Source of the DNA: an uncultured Methanoregulaceae archaeon
GTDB lineage: Archaea; Halobacteriota; Methanomicrobia; Methanomicrobiales; Methanospirillaceae
Assembly (NCBI GenBank): GCA_963717525.1
Contig: OY970343.1
Span: 1,664,001-1,728,000 of the forward strand
Length of the DNA: 64,000 bases
Direction: 5' to 3'
Made by a program: the position numbers and the translations under genes. The notes under the pieces were generated by a model. It searched no databases. It saw only the letters and a program-made list of their open reading frames with translations, and was not told the DNA's origin. Below are positions 52,907 through 63,248 of this stretch, one piece after another (position 1 is the stretch's first letter; each line of letters opens with the position of its first letter).

Positions 52907-53155
52907 GTCGCACTGCTGCATGCAGCGCCAGCATCGCCGGCAGGGAAGCGAACGAGGGGTTAAACCTGATGCCGGGGTAAAACGGGGCTCCTGGCCCACA
53001 GGACCGGCAAACGTGTCCAGGGACCCGTTCCATACGGCCTTTGCCATACCGGGGCTGTCACCGGCGGGAATACCAGCATGCCGCAGGGTACGGGTATCCG
53101 GGAGCCCGGCTAGTGCAGCCAACACATCACCGCTCCACTCCGTGATCTCTCCCGC
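52907..53155 (-). ncRNA. Putative structured ncRNA, copy B
   Basis: Motif blocks shared with copy A; TATA-like AT tract at ~53165-53185 upstream on the minus strand. Confidence 0.5.
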
Positions 53156-53257
53156 AATGACTATTTTTATGTAATTATATTTTTTTCCCATATTCCCGGA
53201 AAAGATATTTATTGATCTGAAAAGAATAGGAAAACGTACATCCGGTCACTCATCGTT

Positions 53258-54343
53258 ATGGGATTCATATTTTTGGGGAAGAAGACGTCTTCCCTTAACC
53301 TGGAAAATGCTCTCAAGGAATCCGAACTGAAATACCGTCGCCTTTTTGAAACTGCACAGGATGCCATTCTCATCCTCGATGGAGACTCCGGTGAAGTCAC
53401 GGATGCAAATACCTTCATTCTTGACCTGCTGGGGTATCCACGGGAGTATTTTGTCGGTAAACATCTCTGGGAACTCGGATTTATCAAGGACCAATCCCTT
53501 GCCCAACATGCATTCACCGAGCTGAAAACCAAGGGGTATATCCGGTACGAAGATCTGCCCCTGCAAAAAAAAGACGGGCAGGGCATGGACGTTGAGTTTA
53601 TCAGCAATGTCTACCTTGTGGGCGATAAGAAAATTATACAATGCAACATCCGGGATATCACGGAGCGCAGGCACATTGAAAATACACTCGCTCTTGCCAG
53701 CAGGAAGCTGAACCTGCTTTCCGGTATTACCCGGCACGACATCAACAACGAGATAACCGTGCTTTTGGGGAATCTCGAATTCCTTGAAAAAGAGTGCCCT
53801 GATCCGTCACAAAATGAATATATCCACAAGGCTTCAGCTGCTGCGTATCGCATTTTATCCATAATCCGTTCTGCCAAGGAATATGAATCACTGGGTATTA
53901 ACGAAGCAGCCTGGCAGAACTGTCGTACGCTTGTCGATACTGCGGCAAAACAAATCCTGCTGGGAAAGGTTATGGTGAAAAACGATCTCCCCGAAGATTC
54001 AGAAGTTTTTGCCGACCCGCTCATTGTCAGGGTCTTTTACAACCTGATGGATAATGCAGTGAAGTATGGCGGGAAGATCACGACCATCCGTTTCTCTCTG
54101 GAAGATCGTGATGATGTCCATGTCATCAGGTGCGAAGATGACGGCGTGGGGGTATCGCCGGAAGAGAAAGAGCAGATCTTCAAGCGTGGATTCGGGAAAC
54201 ATACCGGGCTTGGTTTAACCATTTCGCGTGAGATCCTTGATATTACGGGTATTACGATACAGGAGAATGGCAGATTCGGTGCCGGCGCACGCTTTGAGAT
54301 GACCGTCCCGAAAACGGCATACCGGCTGGCAGGTAATGGCTGA
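53258..54343 (+). CDS. PAS histidine kinase
   Basis: YRRLFETAQD PAS, TRHDINN, NLMDNA, DDGVG, GLGL. Confidence 0.9.
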   Translation: MGFIFLGKKTSSLNLENALKESELKYRRLFETAQDAILILDGDSGEVTDANTFILDLLGYPREYFVGKHLWELGFIKDQSLAQHAFTELKTKGYIRYEDLPLQKKDGQGMDVEFISNVYLVGDKKIIQCNIRDITERRHIENTLALASRKLNLLSGITRHDINNEITVLLGNLEFLEKECPDPSQNEYIHKASAAAYRILSIIRSAKEYESLGINEAAWQNCRTLVDTAAKQILLGKVMVKNDLPEDSEVFADPLIVRVFYNLMDNAVKYGGKITTIRFSLEDRDDVHVIRCEDDGVGVSPEEKEQIFKRGFGKHTGLGLTISREILDITGITIQENGRFGAGARFEMTVPKTAYRLAGNG

Positions 54344-54484
54344 TCTTTTTTCACAAAGGTAACGCCAAAGATTCTGGCGGACTTAAGATAACAGAACCAC
54401 CAGTGCAGACGTGCTGAGAGCGAGAATTTGGCTTTTTTAAAAGGAACGCAGGGTGGCAAAAGTGGAGTGGATCGATGAGGAGGG

Positions 54485-54563
54485 GGTTCTGTTGCACCCG
54501 CTGTTGACAGGTAAATTTATCCGAAGTGAAAAATCCGCTACCCACCGCAGATGCAACAGCACC
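54485..54563 (-). repeat. Hairpin element family A (79 bp, reverse)
   Basis: GGTTCTGTTGCACCCGCTGTTG...CCACCGCAGATGCAACAGCACC. Confidence 0.85.
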
Positions 54564-54613
54564 CCCTGGAATAAGGAGATTCATATGGCATGCGTGGATA
54601 TTGTTGATATGTC

Positions 54614-55270
54614 GTGCTTCCGATCATTGCAGCTATGCTGCCTCTTACCAGCCTCTCCACCCCGGGCCCGCTCCTGCAGTACGGGATATGGGTATACCTG
54701 CTGGTCTTCATCGTCATAACGCTCGCTTCAACTATCGTCGGCGGACTGATTCCCGACAACACGTTCCTGTTCCTTACCGGGGCGGTAGCCATTGGCAATG
54801 GGTTATCTATACTGTGGCTGTTCGTCATAGCGGTCGGTGGCGGGTTTGCGGGCTATGAGATCAACTACTGGAGCGGGAGGATTTTCGGGCTGGCCATCTG
54901 CCGGGGGATATGCCCGACAGTCCTCAACAACAGCAATGTCCAAAAGGCCCTCAATGTGATGGACCGGTTCGGTCTGGCCACTATGGTCTTTTCCCGATTT
55001 ATGCCAGTCCTGAACCTGCCATCATTTATCGCGGGAGTGAACGTGATGGAGTACCGCAGGTACTTTGGGTTTAATCTCATCAGTTCGATACTCTGGTGTG
55101 GGTCTCTCCTGATGCTTGGGTATTATATCGGGAGCATATCATTTGTAAGCGATTTCCTCAACAACCTCATGGACCTTTTCCTAGTCATCCTGGTAGTGGC
55201 GATAATCATCGCGATAGTTATGTTTGCCCGTGATTACGTGAAACGAAAAGGCAGCTGTTCTCCTGAATAA
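54614..55270 (+). CDS. DedA/VTT family protein
   Basis: IPDNTFLFLTG, SRFMP, AGVNVMEYRRY. Confidence 0.8.
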   Translation: MLPIIAAMLPLTSLSTPGPLLQYGIWVYLLVFIVITLASTIVGGLIPDNTFLFLTGAVAIGNGLSILWLFVIAVGGGFAGYEINYWSGRIFGLAICRGICPTVLNNSNVQKALNVMDRFGLATMVFSRFMPVLNLPSFIAGVNVMEYRRYFGFNLISSILWCGSLLMLGYYIGSISFVSDFLNNLMDLFLVILVVAIIIAIVMFARDYVKRKGSCSPE

Positions 55271-55281
55271 AAAAAGTCCGG

Positions 55282-55360
55282 TGTTCTGGTGCATTGGCGG
55301 GTGGTGACGACTTTTTCACCTCATTAAAATAATCAGGTAAACCTTCAATGTAACAGCACC
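55282..55360 (-). repeat. Hairpin element family A (79 bp, reverse)
   Basis: TGTTCTGGTGCATTGGCGG...CCTTCAATGTAACAGCACC; abuts the usp stop codon. Confidence 0.8.
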
Positions 55361-55798
55361 TTATTTGCTTTTCACCACGAGAACCATACATTCCGCCGTC
55401 CGTATAATGCTCTCGGCGACACTGCCCAAAAGCAGTCTTTCGAGGCCGCTCTTCCCCTGCGAGCCGACAACGATCAGGTCGACCTTGTTTTTTACGGCAA
55501 ACTTAGTGATTGCATGCGCAGGTCTGCCAGACAGAATGAAGGTCTCTAATTTTACCCCGTCTGCGATTTTTTTCACCTGTTCAATGGCCTTTTCTCCCTC
55601 GTCCTTTAATTTCAGATAAACCTCATCCGTCAGTACCTCCACCTGCGAAGATGTAAAAGGCGTTTCGTCGATTACATAGACGACATAGGTTGTAGATCCA
55701 AGTTCACGGGCCAGCTCTAAGCCTTTCTTCACGACAGGCTGGTTTTTCACCGATCCATCCGTTGTTATCAGAATTTTCTCAAATATCTTCGTCATCAT
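55361..55798 (-). CDS. Universal stress protein
   Basis: KILITTDGS, DLIVVGSQG, LLGSVAE. Confidence 0.9.
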   Translation of the reverse strand: MMTKIFEKILITTDGSVKNQPVVKKGLELARELGSTTYVVYVIDETPFTSSQVEVLTDEVYLKLKDEGEKAIEQVKKIADGVKLETFILSGRPAHAITKFAVKNKVDLIVVGSQGKSGLERLLLGSVAESIIRTAECMVLVVKSK

Positions 55799-55830
55799 TT
55801 CACCCTTTACCCTTCCGGGAATAAACCTTC

Positions 55831-57607
55831 TCATTCAGACATATCATAATAAGATTCACTTTCCGGCTCCGGTGTTTCTGCCGGATTTTCGGACTTCTTT
55901 TCATCGGTTTCGTACACATACCTCGATCCCCGCAGTGCGCATAACACTGCTGCAACAAAACAGATTGCTGCACCGATATAGAAGGAGATCCTGAGGGAAG
56001 GCATGAATGCCTGCGCAAGGGTGACCGGGAACCATGTTATGCCGGTCAGTGTTGTTATCGTTGCCGGGCTCAATGCAGCAACGACAGACTGTGGTACCGC
56101 AGCGAGGATGACGCGAACCGGATTATACCCCAGAAATGCTGCAAACAACGAACCCGTCGGGGGGAGGGCACTCATAGGTGCAATGAGACCTGGTGCCCCG
56201 GCACTCGTAAGTGATACAGCGAGAACGGGTGGAAAGGTCTGGGTCAGGCTGACGAGGATAATAGTAAAAAACATTCCCATGGAGATGACCATGCCGCTGT
56301 TTTGCAGCATTGTCCTCATTCCTGATGCAACACCCCTGTCTTCACTGGGCACTGCATTCATAATGGCCGCAATGTTCGGTGCCCCGAACATGCCATTCCC
56401 AAGCCCCATGATCAGGAGTGCAATCGCGAAGATCCAATAATCAAAGTTATATGGCAACACCGCAAGCATCAGGAAAGAAACGGCGGTTAAGACCATCCCA
56501 CCCGTCGCGAACAACCGGGACCCGTATTTATCAGAGAGCCAGCCGGAAAGGGGCCCCATGATCAGAAATCCGGCGGTGAGCGGCAGCATAAACACGCCGG
56601 CCCAGAAGGGTGTTGACTCGTAACTATAACCTTGGAGCGGCAGCCAGATGCCCTGAAGAAGGAGGATCAGCATGAACATCATCCCGCCCCGGGCAATTGC
56701 GCTCAGGAATCCGGCGATATTTGCAAGGGAGAAAATACGGTTCCTGAAAAGGCTTAATTTAAACATCGGGTCCTCGACACGGTTCTCGATAAACGGGAAT
56801 GCAACCAGTAAAATGACGCCGGCGACTATCGAAGCGATGACCCATGGACTGCCCCATCCCATCGGGTCGTTCCCGAAGGGAAGCAGTCCGTACGTGATCC
56901 CGATCAACAAGAGGGTCAGGCCGGCAAAGAACGTGAGGTTCCCCCATATATCGATCTTCCGGGCCCGTCTGGGTAACGGGGACTCTTTGAGTTTCAGGTA
57001 TGCCCATATCGTCCCAAGAATCCCGACCGGCACGCTGACGAGAAATACGTACCGCCAGTTGTAGAACGCAAGAATTCCTCCAAGGATAAGACCAATGAAC
57101 TGGCCCGACAGGAATGCAATCTGGTTGAGACCCAGCGCCTTGCCCCGTTCATTGGGAGGGAATGCATCGGTGAGAATTGCGGCGCTGTTCGAGAAGGTAA
57201 ACGAAGCCCCTACGGCCTGGACGAGGCGGAAGACGATAATCTCGATGGCACCGGTGTCACCGGTGCCGGGCGTGAGAAAAAGCAGGATGGATCCGAAGGT
57301 GAAAATCGCAAAGCCGATATTGTAGAGTTTCACCCGGCCGTACATGTCCGAGAGCCGGCCGCAGGAAAGGAGCAGGGTCGCGGTGACGAGGCTGTATCCC
57401 ATCAGCACCCAGATCAGGGTACTGGAACGAGGTGAACGGATCGATATTGATTCCGTTGAATATCGCAGGGAGCGAGATGAGGGTAATGCTGCCGTTCACG
57501 GATACCATGAACATCTCGATGGTCGTAATCGAGAGTACGATCCACTTGTAGTCGATGCCCTTTTTTACAGACCCTGTTCCAATGCCTGTAGGTTCGCTGT
57601 TTTCCAT
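55831..57607 (-). CDS. MFS transporter (14-TM), frameshifted near 57415
   Basis: [12 protein letters not shown]-terminus in ORF 57257-57607. Confidence 0.9.
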
Positions 57608-57872
57608 GAGATCGGGCTACCCCCGGAGTTATACGGGCATTCTCCTGAACCTATAATTTACAGGATAAGATCTTTTCAGACAATAATGTTTTTCAGAATT
57701 CCTGCAGAAGATCGATTGCATGACTCCATCAAGGTTGACTATTCAAACGTCACGCAGACGCGTCAGTGCCTAATCATATCGCAACCGGTTTGGTATGAGG
57801 CCGGCCATAATAGATCGTATCTCAATTTCCCCAATCCGTACATTTATACGATCATGGATGAGAATGGCTTCC

Positions 57873-58288
57873 ATGCCACTCAAAGAGCAGATCATGGAAG
57901 TCATCAGTGGTCCCCATGTTGCAGCGGTTGCAACACTGGACGGCAAGCTCCCGGCGGTCCGATTCATGGTGCTTGCCCGGCCTACCAGACATGACCCTTG
58001 TCGGGGCAACGATGAAATCCTCGAAAAAGGTCGAACAGCTGAAGAAAAACCCTGACACGGCTCTTGCCATCTGGTCGGGAAAGGAATATTCCGACCCATA
58101 TGTCGAGATCAGGGCAAAGGGCAAGGTCCACGAAGATATTGCCACGAAGAAAAAGTACCTGGAACCCGATGCTCGAACAGCACTTCAAAACGCCGGAGAA
58201 TCCGGATTTTGTCGTGATCGTGTTCACCGCAGGCGAGATTGCGTATCACGGGAAGAATATGTCAAGCATGGAGATCTGGAAACGCTAA
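57873..58288 (+). CDS. Pyridoxamine-oxidase-like (general stress) protein, two frameshifts
   Basis: AVATLDGKLPAVRFM, S.KVEQLKKNP, WNPML..F..PENPDF across three frames. Confidence 0.75.
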
Positions 58289-58398
58289 AAAAGATTCCGG
58301 TTTTGCCGGCAGGAAGTGCATCGTTGGCGGAATGCCTGTTCCTCCCGGACTTTCCCAAAAGGGAAACCACCTCTTTTTAGGTACTCTTCGGGAAGGTA

Positions 58399-59428
58399 TC
58401 AGAGTCGCAGGAGGCGTTCCGCGTTTCCGTGCGCTATCCTGTTCTTATCCGCACGGCTCACCGGGAGGTTTTCGAGGAAGGTGCGTGCTTCCGCCATGGA
58501 ACTGTACGGGTAGTCGGCAGAGAACAGGATCCGGTCGGCCCCGACCTGAAGATACAGGTTGAGGAAGGTCTGGATAAAGTTGAAACCGCTGAACGAATAG
58601 TCCACATTCTCCCGGAGGTAGTCTGCGACAGGATGCTCAAGCTTCGTAACGTTCGTGGACAGACCTTTGTCGAGCCGGGGCATCATGAAAGGAAGAGCCT
58701 CCCCCATGTGGCCGATCACGATCTGGAGATCCGGGAACTGGTCGAACGCTCCACCGAGGATGAGGCGGAGGACATGGACTGCAGTCTCGATATGCCAGCC
58801 CCACCCGTGCCGGGAGAACCCGTTTACTACCTCGGGTGAGAAGCCTGAATAGTACGCCTCAATCACCGGCGCCGGTGGTGGTGTCGGGTGGATGCAGAGG
58901 GGAACTTTGAGCGCATCGGCACGCTCTAAGATCGGCCAGAAGAATTTGTCATCGAGGTAGCAGCCCCGGGTGTGTCCGTTGATCCATCCTCCTTTGAAGC
59001 CATGTTCTTTGACCATACGTTCCAGCTCATCAGCAGCAATGTCGGGAGCGGCGGTTGGCAGTGTGGCAAATCCGGCGAACCGCCGGGGATACCGCCGTAC
59101 CGCCTCCGCAAGATAGTCATTCGCTTCGCGGGCCAGTTTTACGGCCCCGGCCGCGTCGAGTTGCTGCACCGAGGGGTCGGTCAGCGACAATACCTGCACG
59201 TCGATACCTGCGGCATCCATTTCAGCGATTCTCTTCTCACCGAGATCCAGCAAATCTTCGGCCATACTCCCGGAACCGATGCGACCTGTCATCCTTGGCT
59301 GGTCTTTGAGTCTTTGTCCCGGGCCGTCCAGAAATGCAGGGCTCGCATAGTGCTCTTCAAGGGTGATCGTCCGCGTGATTTCGCGATCTCCGGGGTGAGA
59401 TAATGGTACAGGGGGCCTTCCTTGCCAT
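58399..59428 (-). CDS. Amidohydrolase_2 family metal-dependent decarboxylase/hydrolase, 5' frameshift
   Basis: ITLEEH, IHP, GHMGE, FSADYPY. Confidence 0.85.
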
Positions 59429-59503
59429 AATCCACATTCAGAGGCATGTCCTAAAATAAATTCTCATAGATCATAATTCAGGTAAAAAGGGAACGTGAGG
59501 ATC

Positions 59504-60172
59504 ATGAAACTCAATTTTGAAAAAGCAGTTTCCTATATTGATACCTTATATGAAAATGATGAAGCGTTCAAAAAAAAGTATGTTGAATCCACTGGCCTGA
59601 AAAACTTCGGAACCGTAGTGGATAGCGACGTTTCAAGAATGATGCAGATAGTGATACATCTGGTACGACCGCAAAAAATCTTAGAAATCGGGACAAGTAT
59701 CGGCTATTCAACAGTATCAATGGCAAAAGTTGCTCAGGGATACGGCGGCACAATTACCACGATTGAGTACGATGAGCAGTCAGCACAGCAGGCAATAAAA
59801 AATTTCAGGTATAGCGGTGTTGCCGAATGTATCGAGGTAATAATCGGGGATGCAAAGGAAATAATTCCGACTCTCGACGAAAGGTATGATTTGATATTCC
59901 AGGATGTCGGGGATAAAACCCTGTATCCTGTTTTGTTTGACCGTTTGGTTGCCCTGCTGAAACCCGGTGGCGTGTTCATGGCTGAAGATTCCCTTTTTCC
60001 GGTTATGGACGCGGATATATCCAAACCCGCAGACGTTGATCGAATGAAAAGGATGAAAAGATCCTTTGAATCACTTGAAGAATTCAACAGGATGGTTGCT
60101 CATAATCCCTGTTTAAGGAGCACAATACTTCCTATCGGCGACGGGTTAACTATCGGCATAAAAACAGGTTAA
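59504..60172 (+). CDS. O-methyltransferase
   Basis: ILEIGTSIGYST, LPIGDGL. Confidence 0.9.
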   Translation: MKLNFEKAVSYIDTLYENDEAFKKKYVESTGLKNFGTVVDSDVSRMMQIVIHLVRPQKILEIGTSIGYSTVSMAKVAQGYGGTITTIEYDEQSAQQAIKNFRYSGVAECIEVIIGDAKEIIPTLDERYDLIFQDVGDKTLYPVLFDRLVALLKPGGVFMAEDSLFPVMDADISKPADVDRMKRMKRSFESLEEFNRMVAHNPCLRSTILPIGDGLTIGIKTG

Positions 60173-60180
60173 TATGAGGG

Positions 60181-60262
60181 GAGCCTGCTGAGGCGTTTAT
60201 GGTTGGCAACCAGTAATTCAGCTCGTTAAAATATTCACATCAAAAGTGAACGCACCAGCACC
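60181..60262 (-). repeat. Degenerate hairpin element family A copy
   Basis: Ends CGCACCAGCACC; left part has GCGTTTATGGTTG vs consensus GCGTCTGCGGTTG. Confidence 0.5.
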
Positions 60263-60285
60263 TTTGGGAATGGCTGCTCCTTGGA

Positions 60286-60885
60286 TTACCGGGACAATTC
60301 CTTTTTCATCCTTGCATGGACCTCTTCAAGGTTCAGCGGGTTGAGCGGTTTACAGAGGATCTCATGGACCCGGAGGTTTTTCAGGTGCTGCGAGGATGCG
60401 GCCTGCATGACCAGTGCCGTATCCGATCCTCTTCCTGTGCCGGCGATGGCAATGATCTTCTCACCGCTCTTTACGTGACCGCCATCTGTCGCCATGAGCA
60501 CAATTTCAAAACAGACCTTGAACCCCTGGCAGAAGCAGCGCAGCAGGTTTGCCATCACGACAGGTGTTGTCGATTCATAGAGGTCGGTGGTGTGAAAAAG
60601 CATCGTGCCAAAATGAACCACATGTCCCGCTTCCCTCAATGTCTTTGCCAGATTCTCGGGAAACGCATTGATCTCGCGGTGAAAGTCCCATTGATGAGGA
60701 ATAACGATCAGCTGTATACCGTCGTTTTTGAAATACTCCATTGCTTTCTTCGCAGTAGCACCGCTCGTAGACGCGATCACTATCTTCCTGATTTCGAGCT
60801 GATGAGCACGTTCGCGTGCTAACCGAAACGTGATGTCCGTGTTCTCCGGATCGAGTGTTTCAAAATATGTTACCAGATGTTCCAT
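60286..60885 (-). CDS. Pyruvate-kinase C-terminal-like domain protein
   Basis: IVIASTSGATA, FCQGFKVC.EI..MA.D.G, IAGTGRG.DTA. Confidence 0.8.
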   Translation of the reverse strand: MEHLVTYFETLDPENTDITFRLARERAHQLEIRKIVIASTSGATAKKAMEYFKNDGIQLIVIPHQWDFHREINAFPENLAKTLREAGHVVHFGTMLFHTTDLYESTTPVVMANLLRCFCQGFKVCFEIVLMATDGGHVKSGEKIIAIAGTGRGSDTALVMQAASSQHLKNLRVHEILCKPLNPLNLEEVHARMKKELSR

Positions 60886-61102
60886 GATCGGAACTATGGC
60901 AGGAGTTGTTGATAAGGTGTTTGATCTGGCAAAATACCAAAAGTCAGGGCCAGGGTGGGACGTCGGGAAACTTCTGCAGGTTTCTCCGTTTGTGAAAATG
61001 TATAATTCACCTGATTTCTCTGTGAGGTCCCGTCAACCTGTCGGAACCCTCCAAAGATACCTTTAAACTCCGCCTGTGCAAACATCAGCGAAGAGGGAAA
61101 TC

Positions 61103-61663
61103 ATGGACAAAATCACGCTCGGCCCGATGCCGTATATGAGTGTCATGCCCACGGTGCTCGTGGGAGCAAACGTGAACGGAAAAGCAAACTATATGACCGC
61201 CGGGGCAGCAACGGTCGCCTGCGTGGCTCCACCGATGGTCTGCGTTGCGCTCAACAAGGCCCGGTACACGGTTAAGGGAATCGGGGAGAACAAGACGTTC
61301 AGCCTGAATATACCGTCCGCAAGACTGGTAGTCGAGGCCGACCACTGCGGTATTGTATCAGGGGCGCAGGAGGACAAGTCCGGGGTCTTCAAATCATTCT
61401 ACGGCACACTGAAGACCGCTCCCATGGCAGAGGAATGCCCGGTCAATATCGAGTGCAAACTCTTCAAAGCCGTTGACTGCGGGAGCCACCTGCTGCATAT
61501 TGGCGAGGTTATCGGGGTCTACGCTGACAAGGGTTGCATAACTGACGGAAAACCGGATGTCACGAAGGTAAACCCGATCGTACTCGCCCAGGCCACCTAT
61601 TTCAATATCGGAAAAAACGTTGAAAAGGCGTTCTCGGCCGGAAAGAAATACCGGAAAAAGTAA
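61103..61663 (+). CDS. Flavin reductase / flavoredoxin family
   Basis: FSLNIPS, CGIVSG..DK, ECPVNIEC, IGEV. Confidence 0.9.
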   Translation: MDKITLGPMPYMSVMPTVLVGANVNGKANYMTAGAATVACVAPPMVCVALNKARYTVKGIGENKTFSLNIPSARLVVEADHCGIVSGAQEDKSGVFKSFYGTLKTAPMAEECPVNIECKLFKAVDCGSHLLHIGEVIGVYADKGCITDGKPDVTKVNPIVLAQATYFNIGKNVEKAFSAGKKYRKK

Positions 61664-61748
61664 GAGCGGGATTATCCCCCCATTTCCGTAATCACCCCCA
61701 CCACCTGCCCTGCGACCTTGTACAGGGCTAAAACCGGAAAAGGATCAC

Positions 61749-62135
61749 TCATCCGGTAAATTCCCGGCCCGTCTCTGTCAACGAGTAATAAATCCAGTTC
61801 CCCCGGTACTCTCCTTCAATAAGTCCACTCTCTTTAAGAACCGTCAGGTGATAGGAGAGTTTCGGGCCGGAGATATGCATGAATTGGTTGATGACGCAGA
61901 CACAGAGTGGCTGGTCTTTGAGGAGGTAAAGAATGGTAAGGCGAAGAGGATCGGAGAGTGCGTGATACTTCCGGCTCTGTAAACCGAGCTCCTTTTCTTC
62001 CGGAATGTGCCGGGAGAGGGCCTCAACTCCTCCCAGATGTTCGACGGCCTCACGGCCCGCATCGGGATCAGGGGCTGCCCTCTTTCCGGGCCCGGGTTTT
62101 CGCGGGCTGCAACAGGACCACGGATAGGTTTTCAT
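61749..62135 (-). CDS. ArsR/SmtB family regulator
   Basis: ALSDPLRLTIL..PLCVCVI...LSYHL; N-terminal CC. Confidence 0.9.
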   Translation of the reverse strand: MKTYPWSCCSPRKPGPGKRAAPDPDAGREAVEHLGGVEALSRHIPEEKELGLQSRKYHALSDPLRLTILYLLKDQPLCVCVINQFMHISGPKLSYHLTVLKESGLIEGEYRGNWIYYSLTETGREFTG

Positions 62136-62207
62136 TTCAAAATAATATGAAATGCCAAAGTATATACGTTTCACGCCCGGATAAAATTTCAACAAAATTT
62201 GAAATGG

Positions 62208-63248
62208 ATGGACTCCATGGCAGCACAACAATGCGCATGCACCTGCTCACCGCCGGTTCCCCGGGCGGCACAGGAATTCATGTACGCGAGCCCTGCGATC
62301 ACCTTTGCCGACCGGTGGGATCATTTCCTCGCCCGGTGGGGCGTAAACCGGATGGGCCATGTAGTACAGCCCGGGCTGTACAAACTGGGCCTTGCCATCC
62401 CGGAATCACCGGTCTTTGCGTCCGCGAACTACACGCTGAGCTTTGATGCGCTCCGTTCGGCGCTTGCCGGCATCGACGCGTATATCCTCGTGCTGGACAC
62501 CAGAGGTATCAACATCTGGTGCGCCGCGGGCAAAGGCACGTTCGGCACCGATGAACTGGTCCGGCGCATTGATGCGACCGGGCTCTCCGGCATCGTATCG
62601 CACCGCAGGATCATCCTCCCCCAGCTCGGGGCGCCGGGCGTTTCTGCGCATGAAGTATCACGCAGGTCCGGCTTCTCGGTCGAGTACAGCCCAGTCCGGG
62701 CCCGGGATCTGCCTGCCTACCTCGCCACGCACACGGCAACAAGGGAGATGCGTACCGTCCGGTTTACCCTTGCCGACCGGCTCGTCCTTGCTCCCGTGGA
62801 ACTGGTGCATATCCTCCTGCCAATGATAGCAGCGGCAGTTGTGCTGTACTTCCTCGCCGGCCCGGTCGCAGCGCTTGCAGCGGTTTCCGCAGTCTTTGCA
62901 GGAACCATCCTCTTCCCGGCCCTGCTGCCGGTCATCCCAACCCGGGACTTTTCCACGAAAGGATTTATCCTCGGCGCAATTGTCGCGATCCCGTTTGCGG
63001 CCACTTATGCCTTGACCCCCGGACTTTCCGGCATTGGACTGATCATCACCGTGCTTGTCCCGCTTCTGATCATGCCGGCCGTGACAGCATACCTTGCCCT
63101 CAACTTCACAGGTTCGACTACGTTCACGTCACGTACTGGTGTAAAAAAGGAGATCTTCCGGTACGTGCCGGTGATGGTGATAATGGCTGGCGCCGGGACC
63201 CTCCTCGGGATCGCACTGGGCGTCCTCCATCTCATGGGAGTGGCCTGA
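62208..63248 (+). CDS. hgcA: Mercury methylation corrinoid protein
   Basis: Cap-helix NIWCAAGKGTFG; C-terminal TMs with NFTGSTTFTSRTGV. Confidence 0.95.
   Translation: MDSMAAQQCACTCSPPVPRAAQEFMYASPAITFADRWDHFLARWGVNRMGHVVQPGLYKLGLAIPESPVFASANYTLSFDALRSALAGIDAYILVLDTRGINIWCAAGKGTFGTDELVRRIDATGLSGIVSHRRIILPQLGAPGVSAHEVSRRSGFSVEYSPVRARDLPAYLATHTATREMRTVRFTLADRLVLAPVELVHILLPMIAAAVVLYFLAGPVAALAAVSAVFAGTILFPALLPVIPTRDFSTKGFILGAIVAIPFAATYALTPGLSGIGLIITVLVPLLIMPAVTAYLALNFTGSTTFTSRTGVKKEIFRYVPVMVIMAGAGTLLGIALGVLHLMGVA

Noticed and set aside
53100..53155. tRNA-Ser-like start GGAGAGATCACGGAGTGG on the minus strand
   Set aside because: No TTCGA T-loop or acceptor stem could be built.
44914..54343. Similarity between the two histidine kinase genes as a mobile repeat
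   Set aside because: Ordinary paralogy in an expanded kinase family.
32369..55360. Family A hairpins as canonical integron attC sites or a CRISPR array
   Set aside because: End polarity (GTT left, AAC right) is opposite to attC, no intI is visible and gene orientation varies; spacing is far too large and irregular for CRISPR.
57692..57770. Possible further family A copy ending CGCAGACGCGTCAGTGCC
   Set aside because: Only a weak right-end match and no complementary left arm.
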